Shown here in pieces: positions 9,226-19,305 of a DNA stretch of 64,000 bases; positions within the stretch are counted from its first letter, which is position 1; every line of letters begins with the position of its first letter. The stretch is from Agathobacter sp. GTDB lineage: Bacteria; Bacillota; Clostridia; Lachnospirales; Lachnospiraceae. A program made the translations under genes and the position numbers. The stretch is from positions 23,519 through 87,518 of the forward strand of contig JAZUHO010000109.1 of assembly GCA_045641745.1 (NCBI GenBank), given 5' to 3'. The notes below the pieces were generated by a model. It saw only the letters and a program-made list of their open reading frames with translations, was not told the DNA's origin and made no database searches.

Positions 9226-10467
9226 ATGAGTAAAGTTATTGTAATAGGAGGTGGACCGGCCGGCTGTTTTGCAGCAATTTCTGCAGCGAAAGCAGGACAT
9301 CAGGTTACCCTTTTGGAAAAAAACGAAAAAATTGGAAAGAAACTATATATCACGGGAAAAGGCCGTTGTAATATCACCAATGCAAGTGACATGGATGTGA
9401 TTTTTCAAAATGTAATGACTAATCGCAAGTTTTTATACAGCGCCTTTTATACCTTAGATAATCAGCAGGTAATTCAATTTTTTGAGGAAAATGGTTGTGC
9501 CACAAAAATCGAACGAGGCAATCGAGTTTTTCCGGTTTCGGATCATTCTTCGGATGTGATTGCGTGTTTGAACCGTGCTATGAGAGAACTTCATGTAAAC
9601 GTTATGCTTCATCATGAGGTGAGCCGGCTTCTTACAGAGACGACAGAGGAAGGAACGGTGGCAAAAGGGGTTGTGTTAAAGGATTGCACAGCTATGCAGG
9701 CAGATGCGATAATTGTTGCAACAGGCGGTTTTTCTTACCAGAGTACAGGCTCAACGGGAGATGGATATCGTTTTGCCGAGGAAAGTGGTCATCGAGTTGT
9801 TGAGGTTTCGCCGAGTCTTGTTCCGTTTGAAGTGAAGGAGCCTTGGGCAAAGGAATTAATGGGCTTGTCTTTGAAGAATACAGCGCTTTCTATTTATCAC
9901 GGAAAGAAAAAATTATATGATGATTTTGGTGAGATGCTTTTTACGCATTTTGGAGTCAGTGGACCAATGATTCTTTCAGCAAGTGGAACCATTACACCGA
10001 AGTATTTTAAAGAGGAGCTAACCTGTTATATTGATTTGAAACCAGCAATGTCAGAGGAGGAACTAGATAAGCGTGTGCTCAGAGACTTTGAAGAGGCAAA
10101 GAACAAGCAGTTTAAGAATTCTGTGCAAAAGCTTTTTCCAAATAAAATGGTTTCGGTTATGATTATGCTTAGTGGTATTGATCCAGACAAAAAAGTGAAT
10201 GAGATTTCAAAAGAAGAAAGATTACAGTTTGTTCGATTGATTAAGAAACTACCACTTACGATTACGGGACTTCGAGATTTTAAAGAAGCAATTATAACAA
10301 AGGGTGGGGTTTCTGTTAAGGACGTGAATCCATCCACAATGGAATCAAAAATCTGCCAAAATCTATATTTTTGTGGCGAAGTATTGGACTTGGACGCTTT
10401 AACAGGAGGCTACAATTTACAAATTGCGTGGTCAACTGGATATTTGGCAGGGATGAATATACGATAA
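9226..10467 (+). CDS. HI0933/YhiN family NAD(P)/FAD-dependent oxidoreductase
   Basis: GGGPAG, TGKGRCNITN, ATGG.SY..TGSTGDGY and TGGYNLQIAWSTG. Confidence 0.93.
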   Translation: MSKVIVIGGGPAGCFAAISAAKAGHQVTLLEKNEKIGKKLYITGKGRCNITNASDMDVIFQNVMTNRKFLYSAFYTLDNQQVIQFFEENGCATKIERGNRVFPVSDHSSDVIACLNRAMRELHVNVMLHHEVSRLLTETTEEGTVAKGVVLKDCTAMQADAIIVATGGFSYQSTGSTGDGYRFAEESGHRVVEVSPSLVPFEVKEPWAKELMGLSLKNTALSIYHGKKKLYDDFGEMLFTHFGVSGPMILSASGTITPKYFKEELTCYIDLKPAMSEEELDKRVLRDFEEAKNKQFKNSVQKLFPNKMVSVMIMLSGIDPDKKVNEISKEERLQFVRLIKKLPLTITGLRDFKEAIITKGGVSVKDVNPSTMESKICQNLYFCGEVLDLDALTGGYNLQIAWSTGYLAGMNIR

Positions 10468-10478
10468 GGAGAGAAAAA

Positions 10479-11150
10479 ATGATTTATAATATTGCAATTG
10501 ATGGACCTGCAGGTGCAGGAAAAAGCACAATCGCCAAAAAGCTTGCGGCGGATTTGGGATATATTTATGTGGATACAGGGGCTATGTATCGTGCAATGGC
10601 ATACTTTTTTATTCAAAATAATATTTCAGCAGAGGATGAGGATGCAATTGCTAAGGCTTGTAAGAATGTATCCGTTACTATTGAATATAAAGATGGCGAG
10701 CAGCAAGTGATTCTCAATGGGGAAAATGTAAACGGTGTGATTCGCAATGAAGAGGTTGGAAATATGGCATCTGCCACAAGCGTGTATCCGGTGGTTCGTA
10801 CCAAATTAGTAGAATTGCAGCGTCAGCTTGCGCAGAAAGAAAGCGTTATCATGGACGGAAGAGATATTGGAACCGTTGTTCTTCCAAATGCAAATGTTAA
10901 AATCTTCCTTACTGCAAGTTCGGCAGTGCGCGCAAAAAGACGATATGAGGAATTGACAGCTAAGGGAGTTATCTGTGACTTGAAAGAAATTGAGCAGGAT
11001 ATTATTGATCGTGATTATCGTGATATGCATAGAGAGACTTCTCCACTGCAACAGGCCGAAGACGCTGTATTATTAGACTCTTCAGAGCTTGACATTGATG
11101 GAGTAGTAGATGCAATGAAAGAGATTATTCGAAAAAAGGAACAGGCGTAA
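10479..11150 (+). CDS. cmk: cytidylate kinase
   Basis: IAIDGPAGAGKST, DTGAMYR and DGRDIGTVVLP; RBS AAGGAG before ATG 10479. Confidence 0.97.
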   Translation: MIYNIAIDGPAGAGKSTIAKKLAADLGYIYVDTGAMYRAMAYFFIQNNISAEDEDAIAKACKNVSVTIEYKDGEQQVILNGENVNGVIRNEEVGNMASATSVYPVVRTKLVELQRQLAQKESVIMDGRDIGTVVLPNANVKIFLTASSAVRAKRRYEELTAKGVICDLKEIEQDIIDRDYRDMHRETSPLQQAEDAVLLDSSELDIDGVVDAMKEIIRKKEQA

Positions 11151-11153
11151 AAA

Positions 11154-12014
11154 ATGAAGGTTGTATTAGCAGAATCGGCAGGCTTTTGCTTCGGCGTTAA
11201 GCGTGCAATGAAAAATGTATACGATGAAATCGACAAGGCGAATGGAGACAAAATCTATACGTATGGCCCAATTATTCACAATGAAGAGGTTGTGAGCGAC
11301 TTGGAAAATAAGGGAGTAACGGTCATCCATTCATACGATGAGCTTGACAAAATTTCGGAAGGTACCATAATCATTCGTTCTCATGGAATTAGCCGAATAG
11401 AGAAGAATAAAATGGAAGAGCGTGGACTTACGATTGTTGATTGCACTTGCCCATTTGTTTTAAAAATACATCGCATCGTGGAGGAATATAGCAATAAGGG
11501 ATATCATGTTGTGATTGTTGGAAACGAAAACCATCCTGAGGTGCAGGGAATTCGAGGATGGGTGGCAGAAAATGCACCAGTTACCATCATGAATGGAATC
11601 GAAGAAGCACGTAATTTTTCTTGTGAAAACGACATGCCGATTTGCCTAGTAGCGCAAACCACATTTAACTATAATAAATTTCAAGAATTAGTTGAAATTG
11701 TGAATGAAAAAGGTTATGATATAAGTGTTTTAAATACAATCTGCAATGCTACTGAGGAAAGACAAACGGAAGCAAGACGTATTGCAAGAGAGTCGGAAGC
11801 CATGATTGTAATTGGTGGAAAGAGTAGCTCAAATACGCAGAAGTTATTTGAAATATGCAAAAAAGAATGTGAAAATACTTACTATATACAAACGAGTAAC
11901 GATATGGATTACAGCAAATTGAAATCCATCAATAACGTAGGTATTACCGCAGGGGCATCGACCCCAAACAATATTATTGAGGAGGTTTCAAAGAATGTCA
12001 GAAATGAGCTTTGA
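11154..12014 (+). CDS. ispH: 4-hydroxy-3-methylbut-2-enyl diphosphate reductase
   Basis: GFCFGVKRA, TCPFV, TICNAT, SSNT and GITAGASTP. Confidence 0.97.
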   Translation: MKVVLAESAGFCFGVKRAMKNVYDEIDKANGDKIYTYGPIIHNEEVVSDLENKGVTVIHSYDELDKISEGTIIIRSHGISRIEKNKMEERGLTIVDCTCPFVLKIHRIVEEYSNKGYHVVIVGNENHPEVQGIRGWVAENAPVTIMNGIEEARNFSCENDMPICLVAQTTFNYNKFQELVEIVNEKGYDISVLNTICNATEERQTEARRIARESEAMIVIGGKSSSNTQKLFEICKKECENTYYIQTSNDMDYSKLKSINNVGITAGASTPNNIIEEVSKNVRNEL

Positions 12015-13083
12015 ACAAATGCTAGAGGAATCATTTAAAACAATAAGAAATGGAGAAGTGGTAGAGGGTACCGTTATTGATGTTAAACCAGACGAGATCG
12101 TTTTGAACATCGGATACAAATCAGATGGTATTATTACTCGTAGCGAGTATACAAACGAAGCTAACGTTGACCTTACAACAGTAGTATCTGTTGGCGATAC
12201 TCTTGAAGCTAAGGTTGTAAAGGTAAATGATGGAGAAGGACAGGTTCTTCTTTCATACAAACGTCTTGCAGCTGAGAAAGGAAGCAAGAGATTACAGGAA
12301 GCTTTCGAGAACAAAGAAGTTCTTACAGCTAAAGTTAGCCAGGTATTAGATGGCGGTGTATGTGTAAATGTAGATGAGACAAGAGTATTTATTCCAGCAA
12401 GTCTTGTATCAGATACATTCGAGAAAGATTTAACAAAATTCAAAAATCAGGAAATCGAGTTCGTTATTACTGAGTTTGATCCAAAACGCAGAAGAATTAT
12501 CGGAAATAGAAAAACATTACTTGTTGCTAAGAAAGCAGAGCTTCAGAAAGAGCTTCTTGGAAGCATCAAAGTTGGCGATGTAATCGAGGGAACAATTAAG
12601 AATGTAACAGATTTTGGTGCTTTCATTGATTTAGGTGGTCTTGACGGATTACTTCACATTTCAGAGATGTCTTGGGGAAGAGTTGAGAATCCTAAGAAAG
12701 TATTTACTGTTGGACAGAGTGTTAAAGTATTTATCAAAGAGATTAACGAGGCAAAGATTGCTCTTAGTATGAAATTCCCTGAGGAAAACCCATGGAACGG
12801 TGCAGAAGAGAAATTTGCTGTAGGTAACGTTGTTACTGGTAAGATTGCTCGTATGACAGACTTTGGTGCCTTCGTTGAGTTAGCTCCAGGGGTTGATGCA
12901 TTACTTCATGTATCACAGATTTCTAAAGATCATATCGAGAAACCTACTGACATCTTAAAGGTTGGTCAGGAAGTAGAAGCTAAAATCGTTGATTTCAATT
13001 CTGCAGATAAGAAAATCAGTCTTAGCATGAAAGCATTATTGGCTCCAGAAGAAACTGAGGAAGTTGTTTCTGAGGAAGAGTAA
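11995..13083 (+). CDS. rpsA: 30S ribosomal protein S1 (four S1 domains)
   Basis: Repeated S1 domains (FGAFIDLGGLDGLLHISE, FGAFVELAPGVDALLHVSQ); GGAGG RBS lies inside ispH. Confidence 0.95.
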   Translation: MSEMSFEQMLEESFKTIRNGEVVEGTVIDVKPDEIVLNIGYKSDGIITRSEYTNEANVDLTTVVSVGDTLEAKVVKVNDGEGQVLLSYKRLAAEKGSKRLQEAFENKEVLTAKVSQVLDGGVCVNVDETRVFIPASLVSDTFEKDLTKFKNQEIEFVITEFDPKRRRIIGNRKTLLVAKKAELQKELLGSIKVGDVIEGTIKNVTDFGAFIDLGGLDGLLHISEMSWGRVENPKKVFTVGQSVKVFIKEINEAKIALSMKFPEENPWNGAEEKFAVGNVVTGKIARMTDFGAFVELAPGVDALLHVSQISKDHIEKPTDILKVGQEVEAKIVDFNSADKKISLSMKALLAPEETEEVVSEEE

Positions 13084-13109
13084 GATTAGACAACGATTAA
13101 AAATAAGAA

Positions 13110-13138
13110 GAGGCTACAGAAATGTAGCTTCTTTTTTT
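13110..13138 (+). terminator. rho-independent terminator after rpsA
   Basis: GAGGCTACA-GAAA-TGTAGCTTC followed by T7. Confidence 0.8.
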
Positions 13139-13247
13139 ACAATAAAAGCAAAAATAAATAAGTACTTCTTTCCTATTTTTGAAAAATGGTGTATAATGTA
13201 AGAAAGTAACAAAACTCTAGATAATAGACGAATTTTGGAGGGGCTGC

Positions 13248-14024
13248 ATGTTAGATAATTACGAGAAATTTAAAAGTGATGTATTTCGTTTGACTAAAAT
13301 TGATTTGAATTGTTACAAAGAGAAACAGATGAGACGTAGAATTGATACGCTTATTACAAAAAATAAGGTATCAACATATGACCAGTATGTAGAACTCATC
13401 AAAAAGGATACAGAGAAATTTGAGCAATTTGTCAATTTCCTGACAATTAATGTTTCTGAGTTTTATAGAAATCCTGATCAATGGAACCTGATGGACAAGG
13501 AAATTATTCCTTACCTAATTCAGAAAAACGGCAAGAATTTAAAGGTGTGGAGTGCGGCATGTTCCACTGGTGATGAGCCATATTCTTTAGTTATGGCACT
13601 TTCACGTCATGTTCCGTTAAGCAATATTAAGATTATTGCAACGGATATTGATAAGCAGGTATTGGCGCATGCACAGATGGGACTCTACAATGAAAAGAGT
13701 ATTGCTGCAGTTCCGGAGGATTTGAAAAAGAAATACTTTACAAAGGTCGGAAATTCTTATCAGATTTCAGACGAAATAAAAAAGTGTGTACAATTTAAAG
13801 AACACAATTTGCTGAAAGACCCATATCCATCTGACTGCAACTTAATTGTATGTCGAAATGTTGTTATCTATTTTACGGATGAAGCGAAAGATGAGATTTA
13901 TCGCAAGTTTTATCAATCTCTGAAGAAAACGGGTGTGCTCTTTATTGGAAGCACGGAACAGATTATGGATTACAAAGAAATTGGCTTTGCGAGAAGAAGT
14001 TCTTTCTTCTTTGAAAAAGAATAG
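13248..14024 (+). CDS. cheR: chemotaxis protein-glutamate O-methyltransferase
   Basis: LTINVSEFYR, WSAACSTGDEPYS, ATDID and CRNVVIYF. Confidence 0.95.
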   Translation: MLDNYEKFKSDVFRLTKIDLNCYKEKQMRRRIDTLITKNKVSTYDQYVELIKKDTEKFEQFVNFLTINVSEFYRNPDQWNLMDKEIIPYLIQKNGKNLKVWSAACSTGDEPYSLVMALSRHVPLSNIKIIATDIDKQVLAHAQMGLYNEKSIAAVPEDLKKKYFTKVGNSYQISDEIKKCVQFKEHNLLKDPYPSDCNLIVCRNVVIYFTDEAKDEIYRKFYQSLKKTGVLFIGSTEQIMDYKEIGFARRSSFFFEKE

Positions 14025-14050
14025 CGTTTTACGTGTGGAAAATTTATGAT

Positions 14051-14099
14051 AAAATTCCCCAACCATCTCAAAAAATTGTGAGGCGGTTGGGGAATTTTT
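14051..14099. terminator. bidirectional terminator between cheR and the YprB-like gene
   Basis: AAAATTCCCCAACC...GGTTGGGGAATTTT inverted repeat between convergent genes. Confidence 0.75.
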
Positions 14100-15213
14100 A
14101 AATGGAAAGTAAATCCTTTGGATGATAGAAACCTCCGATAATATGTGAAATATAAGCTTGTAATTGCTCGGAGGAGTTCAAAAAGGCATCAGATACTTCA
14201 AAGAAAAGTTCTTTGTCTGCAAAGTCTTTACGAAAGCATGGCGTGTAGAGTTCTTCTAACTGGGGGAGAAACATCCCGTTCTTTTTTGTGTAGCAATTGC
14301 TTGCTTTTGCCTGAATTCGATATTGGCGGTCAACATAGCTAGCAACACTTTTATGTACGGCGATATCTTCTTTCGGAAGATAATAATAATCCTTTGGATT
14401 CGGAAAGAAGAATTTTAGTTCTGAAATAAGAATCGGAATTCGAAGCTTTACGCCTTTTTCCCCAAAGGTAAAGTGAAACCCATTTATGTGGCATGCATGG
14501 GTTTTGGGATAAGGATAATCAGGCTTTAATGATAGTACTAATTCCTTGCGGGCGTCTCCATGATAATCATTATAATCGTAAATTTCGGATTTTTGTATCT
14601 GATAACGTCCCTGTAGAAGTAGAGCATAGGATAAGATCGGAAGCAAGTCAATCATTCCAAGTACATCTTCATAATTGTGTAGAAGAAGTGCCTGCTCATG
14701 TGATGAATCCTTTGTTTTAACATAGTTTTTATATACATTGATAAGTTCGCCACCCGAAAATTGATCATTTCTTACGATACCTAAAAAATTTTCTATTGAT
14801 TTCTGCTTATAATTTGAGAGACCAAGAAACCGCTTCATATCTGTAACGTATTTATACAAGTCTAGAATGGTAAGTTTTTCGAATAAATTTGTTTGATTCA
14901 ATTGTTCGCTTTTTCCATTTAAATAGGGGATATCAAATCCAACACCATTGTAGGAGATTACGCGGGTGTGTTTTTGCAATTGTTTAGAAAAGGCGACAAG
15001 AAGCTCAGGTTCTTCCTCCATGCTTTCTGCTAAATACTGGTGAACAATTATTTCATTTGCCTCACGCGTTGCACAACCTATCATGTATAGTTGCGAATGC
15101 TTCGGCGAGAATCCGGTTGTCTCGATATCAAAAAAAAGTGTGTCTTCATCGAAGATGACATCGGTAATGGGATCTTTTGTGCAAATAATTTCGCGACGTA
15201 TAATTTCTCTCAT
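14098..15213 (-). CDS. RNase H-like (DEDD) exonuclease, YprB/MrfB-like, with C-terminal extension
   Basis: FFDIETTG, SYNG..FDIPYL and HNYEDV motifs; ATG 15213 preceded by AGAGG. Confidence 0.8.
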   Translation of the reverse strand: MREIIRREIICTKDPITDVIFDEDTLFFDIETTGFSPKHSQLYMIGCATREANEIIVHQYLAESMEEEPELLVAFSKQLQKHTRVISYNGVGFDIPYLNGKSEQLNQTNLFEKLTILDLYKYVTDMKRFLGLSNYKQKSIENFLGIVRNDQFSGGELINVYKNYVKTKDSSHEQALLLHNYEDVLGMIDLLPILSYALLLQGRYQIQKSEIYDYNDYHGDARKELVLSLKPDYPYPKTHACHINGFHFTFGEKGVKLRIPILISELKFFFPNPKDYYYLPKEDIAVHKSVASYVDRQYRIQAKASNCYTKKNGMFLPQLEELYTPCFRKDFADKELFFEVSDAFLNSSEQLQAYISHIIGGFYHPKDLLSI

Positions 15214-15485
15214 ATGCTGCCTCTTTGTGTATTCTTTCTCAGTCCGTTTGAACAAAAATCGAAGGACGGAAATGACAAAAAGATTGTCAAAAAAATGTCA
15301 TTCTTATTTGTTTTCTGGTTGCTCTAATTATACCATTTTTCAAGGGTTTCGCAATTACTATAAGTATCTAAAAAAGTACAAGAATCAGCACTTCACAAAG
15401 AGCATTTTATGATATAATTTTACTAAAGTATGATTGTGTATCAATGCATAGTTATGCAAATATAATAAGAAAGCGGGGCGCTAAA

Positions 15486-16817
15486 ATGGGTTATAAAACA
15501 TTTAAAGGCGGCGTTCATCCTTACGAAGGAAAAGAATTAGCTAAGGATTCGCCAATCAAAGAAGTTTTACCCAAAGGAGAAATGGTTTATCCAATGTCAC
15601 AGCATATTGGTGCACCAGCAACTCCAATTGTAGCTGTGGGAGATGCAGTATTGAAGGGACAGATGATTGCGGAGGCAAATGCAAATGCATTTCTCTCTTC
15701 ACCAATTTATTCGTCTGTATCTGGAACAGTTAAGGCAATTGAACCACGTCGTGTAGCGGTAGGCGATATGGTGAATTCTATCGTGATTGAAAACGATGGA
15801 GAGTTTAAGGAAGTGGAGTACACAGCAGTAGATGATGTGACAGCACTTTCGAAAGAGGAGATTATTGATAAAGTTAAGACTGCAGGTGTAGTCGGTATGG
15901 GTGGTGCTGGTTTCCCAACTCATGTAAAACTTTCTCCAAAGGAACCAGATAAGATTGACTATGTTATTGCAAACTGTGCAGAGTGTGAGCCATACCTTAC
16001 TGCAGATTATCGAAGAATGTTAGAGAATCCAGAAGAGTTAATTTCTGGTATGAAAATTGTTCTTCAGTTATTTGATCATGCAAAAGGTGTATTTGGTATT
16101 GAGAATAATAAGCCAGATTGTATCGCAAAGATGAAAGAGCTTGTTAAGGATGAGCCTCGTCTTGAAGTATGCGAATTAGAAACAAAGTATCCACAGGGTG
16201 GAGAGCGTCAGTTGATTCATGCAGTCACAGGAAGAGACATTAATTCAAAGAAACTTCCAGCGGATGCTGGTTGCATCGTTGACAATGTGGAGACCTTGAT
16301 TGCAGTACATAATGCGGTTAAGCTTGGAATTCCAGTTATGAAGAGGGTTTCAACCGTAACAGGTGATGCAATTAAGAACCCTGGTAACTTCCTATATAGC
16401 ATGGGAACAAGTTATGCAGAGCTTGTAGAAGCAGCTGGTGGATTTAAAACAGAAGAAGGACCACAGAAAATTATTTCTGGTGGACCTATGATGGGATTTT
16501 CTATGTTCTCATTAGATATTCCTACAACAAAGACTTCTTCCTCTATTCTTTGTTTTACAGAAGATGAAGTTGCAAAATATGAGCCTCTTGCATGTATCAA
16601 CTGTGGACGTTGTGTAGGTGCATGTCCGGAACAATTAATTCCAAGTCGCTTAGCTAAATTTGGTGATAAAGGACTTATGGAAGAGTTCGAACAGTGGCAT
16701 GGACTTGAGTGTATTGAATGCGGAAGCTGCACGTTTGCATGTCCTTCGCGCAGACAGGTTGCACAGTCTATTAAAACAATGAAGAAACTTGTATTAGCTG
16801 AAAAGAGAAAAAAATAA
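15486..16817 (+). CDS. rnfC: Rnf electron transport complex subunit C
   Basis: TFKGGVHP, GMGGAGFPTHVK, AECEPYLT and two CxxCxxCxxxCP motifs. Confidence 0.96.
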   Translation: MGYKTFKGGVHPYEGKELAKDSPIKEVLPKGEMVYPMSQHIGAPATPIVAVGDAVLKGQMIAEANANAFLSSPIYSSVSGTVKAIEPRRVAVGDMVNSIVIENDGEFKEVEYTAVDDVTALSKEEIIDKVKTAGVVGMGGAGFPTHVKLSPKEPDKIDYVIANCAECEPYLTADYRRMLENPEELISGMKIVLQLFDHAKGVFGIENNKPDCIAKMKELVKDEPRLEVCELETKYPQGGERQLIHAVTGRDINSKKLPADAGCIVDNVETLIAVHNAVKLGIPVMKRVSTVTGDAIKNPGNFLYSMGTSYAELVEAAGGFKTEEGPQKIISGGPMMGFSMFSLDIPTTKTSSSILCFTEDEVAKYEPLACINCGRCVGACPEQLIPSRLAKFGDKGLMEEFEQWHGLECIECGSCTFACPSRRQVAQSIKTMKKLVLAEKRKK

Positions 16818-16837
16818 AAGGAAAGAGGTAGATTATT

Positions 16838-17791
16838 GTGAGTAAATTTCATGTATCCTCATCTCCACATGTGCGTTCCAATGGATTTAGCAGTTCTACA
16901 AGCAGAATTATGTTAATCGTGGTTCTTGCATTACTTCCTGCAAGTTTATTTGGAATCTACAATTTTGGATATAAGGCTTTAATTTTAATTTTATTGACAA
17001 TTGGAAGCTGTGTTGCTTCTGAATACATATTTAATCGTATTGTGCATAAGAAGAATACCATTGATGACTTTAGTGCTGTCGTAACAGGACTTCTTCTTGC
17101 ATTGAACCTTCCGGTTTCACTTCCATGGTGGGAAGCAGTTCTCGGAGGTGTATTTGCAATTGTGATTGTTAAGATGCTGTTTGGTGGATTAGGTCAGAAC
17201 TTCATGAATCCAGCTCTTGGAGCAAGATGTTTCTTACTTATCGCTTTTGCTGCAGATATGACAAATTTCAATTGTGATGCTTACACAGGAGCAACTCCAC
17301 TTGCGCTTATTCGCAACGAGGGTCTTACAGCTGTAAACGTAATGGATATGTTAGTTGGAAAGACTGCAGGTACCATTGGTGAAACCTCTGTTATTGCGAT
17401 TCTGATTGGTGCCATTATTTTAATTATTTTCGATGTAATTGATTTAAAAATTCCAGGCGCATATATTCTTACATTTGCAGTATTTATTTTACTGTTTGGC
17501 GGACATGGATTTTCTGTTGATTATCTTGTTGCTCAGCTTTGTGGTGGTGGTCTTATGCTTGGTGCATTCTTTATGGCAACCGATTATGTTACATCACCAA
17601 TTACACCAGTGGGCAAAATTATTTTTGGTATCTGCTGTGGTATCTTAACTGGTTTATTCCGTATTTTTGGTGCAAATGCAGAGGGCGTAAGCTTTGCAAT
17701 TATTTTAAGCAACCTTCTTGTACCAATTATCGAGAAATATACAGTACCAATGGCATTTGGTATGGTAAAGGAGGCAAAGAAGAATGAATAA
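16838..17791 (+). CDS. rnfD: Rnf subunit D
   Basis: SSSPH, GGLGQNFMNPA, TGAT FMN site, GETS, FFMATDYVTSP. Confidence 0.96.
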   Translation: MSKFHVSSSPHVRSNGFSSSTSRIMLIVVLALLPASLFGIYNFGYKALILILLTIGSCVASEYIFNRIVHKKNTIDDFSAVVTGLLLALNLPVSLPWWEAVLGGVFAIVIVKMLFGGLGQNFMNPALGARCFLLIAFAADMTNFNCDAYTGATPLALIRNEGLTAVNVMDMLVGKTAGTIGETSVIAILIGAIILIIFDVIDLKIPGAYILTFAVFILLFGGHGFSVDYLVAQLCGGGLMLGAFFMATDYVTSPITPVGKIIFGICCGILTGLFRIFGANAEGVSFAIILSNLLVPIIEKYTVPMAFGMVKEAKKNE

Positions 17792-18395
17792 GAAGATTGT
17801 ACATGACGCTTTGATTTTAATGGCCTTTACCTTGGTGCTTGGATTTATTCTTGCACTTGTATATGGTGTAACCAAGGATCCAATTGATAAAGCAAAGAAA
17901 GAAGCAGCACAGAAGGCCTATGAGGCTGTTTTTGCTGATGCAAAATCCTTTGAAGCATTGGCTGGATTTGATAAAGCGGAAGCTACGAAAGTAGTTACAG
18001 ATGCTGGTTTTTCAGACACAATTGATGATATTCAGGAAGCACTTGATGGAAGTGGAAAGACTTTAGGTTATGTTATTACCGTAACTGCAAAGGATGGTTC
18101 ACAGGGAAGTATTACCTTCTCCGTTGGAATTACCAACGAGGGTACTGTGAATGGATATTCGATTACAGAGATTTCCGAAACACCTGGTCTTGGTTTGAAA
18201 GCAAAAGACGAGGAATTCTATAGCCAGTTTGAGAATAAGAAAGTTGACGCTTTCACAGTTGTAAAACAGGCACCAGCAGCAGACAACGAAATTGAAGCAA
18301 TTTCAGGATCTACAATTACATCAAAAGCTATGGCAAATGGATGTAATGCTGCAATTTGTTACTTCCAGAATTCATTACAGGGAGGTGCAAATTAA
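17784..18395 (+). CDS. rnfG: Rnf subunit G
   Basis: N-terminal TM helix, ETPGLG, ISGSTITS FMN-attachment motif. Confidence 0.94.
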   Translation: MNKKIVHDALILMAFTLVLGFILALVYGVTKDPIDKAKKEAAQKAYEAVFADAKSFEALAGFDKAEATKVVTDAGFSDTIDDIQEALDGSGKTLGYVITVTAKDGSQGSITFSVGITNEGTVNGYSITEISETPGLGLKAKDEEFYSQFENKKVDAFTVVKQAPAADNEIEAISGSTITSKAMANGCNAAICYFQNSLQGGAN

Positions 18396-19291
18396 TGAAC
18401 AAATATTTAGAGCGTTTATATAACGGTATAATAAAAGAGAATCCAACATTTGTATTAATGTTAGGTATGTGTCCAACACTTGCAGTAACTTCAAGTGCAA
18501 TTAATGGACTTGGTATGGGACTTTCTACAACGGTAGTTTTGATTTTCTCAAACCTTTTGATTTCAGCTTTTCGTAAAGTGATTCCAAGTGGAGTTCGTAT
18601 GCCAGCATACATTGTTATCGTAGCTTCCTTGGTTACAATTGTTCAGTTTGTATTGGAAGCTTATGTACCAGCACTTTCAAGCGCATTAGGTGTATATATT
18701 CCACTTATTGTTGTAAACTGTATCATTTTAGGACGTGCAGAAAGTTATGCTTCAAAAAATAGCGTATTACCATCTATTTTCGATGGAATCGGTATGGGAC
18801 TTGGATTTACATTAGGTCTTACATTAATCGGATTGGTACGTGAGATTCTTGGTGCAGGAACAGCATTCAATGCACCAATGAGTGCAATGGCTGGTCCAAG
18901 ATTTGGCGCATACAATTTCTCTGTTATCGGATTAGTTGTTTGTGTAGTTGCTATTCTTGCAATTGTTCTTCTTGCTTTAAAAGGAAAAACAATTCGCCAG
19001 CAGGCGTATGTAACTTTGGCTTATGTTGTATTTGCAATTCTTGCAGTTGTTGGATTTATTGGATTTTTGGGAGAGGCATTTACTAGCATTACAATTTTCA
19101 TTATGGCACCTGGTGCGTTCTTAGTGCTTGCATTCCTTGTTGCAACTATGAATATTATCCGTGTACAGATGGAAAATGCTGGAAAACCACTTGCAAAACC
19201 TTCTGGATGTATTTCTGGTGACTGTGCACATTGCGGTCAGGCAGGAAGCTGTACAGAGAAAGCAAATACAGAGACAGAAGCTGAGAAATAG
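18395..19291 (+). CDS. rnfE: Rnf subunit E (with internal insertion)
   Basis: ENP..VLMLGMCPTLAV, IPLIVVNCIILGRAE and APGAF. Confidence 0.94.
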   Translation: MNKYLERLYNGIIKENPTFVLMLGMCPTLAVTSSAINGLGMGLSTTVVLIFSNLLISAFRKVIPSGVRMPAYIVIVASLVTIVQFVLEAYVPALSSALGVYIPLIVVNCIILGRAESYASKNSVLPSIFDGIGMGLGFTLGLTLIGLVREILGAGTAFNAPMSAMAGPRFGAYNFSVIGLVVCVVAILAIVLLALKGKTIRQQAYVTLAYVVFAILAVVGFIGFLGEAFTSITIFIMAPGAFLVLAFLVATMNIIRVQMENAGKPLAKPSGCISGDCAHCGQAGSCTEKANTETEAEK

Positions 19292-19305
19292 GAGGAAAGA
19301 AAGGA

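Noticed and set aside
15260-15485. Rex operator upstream of rnfC
   Set aside because: Only weak AT-rich partial matches
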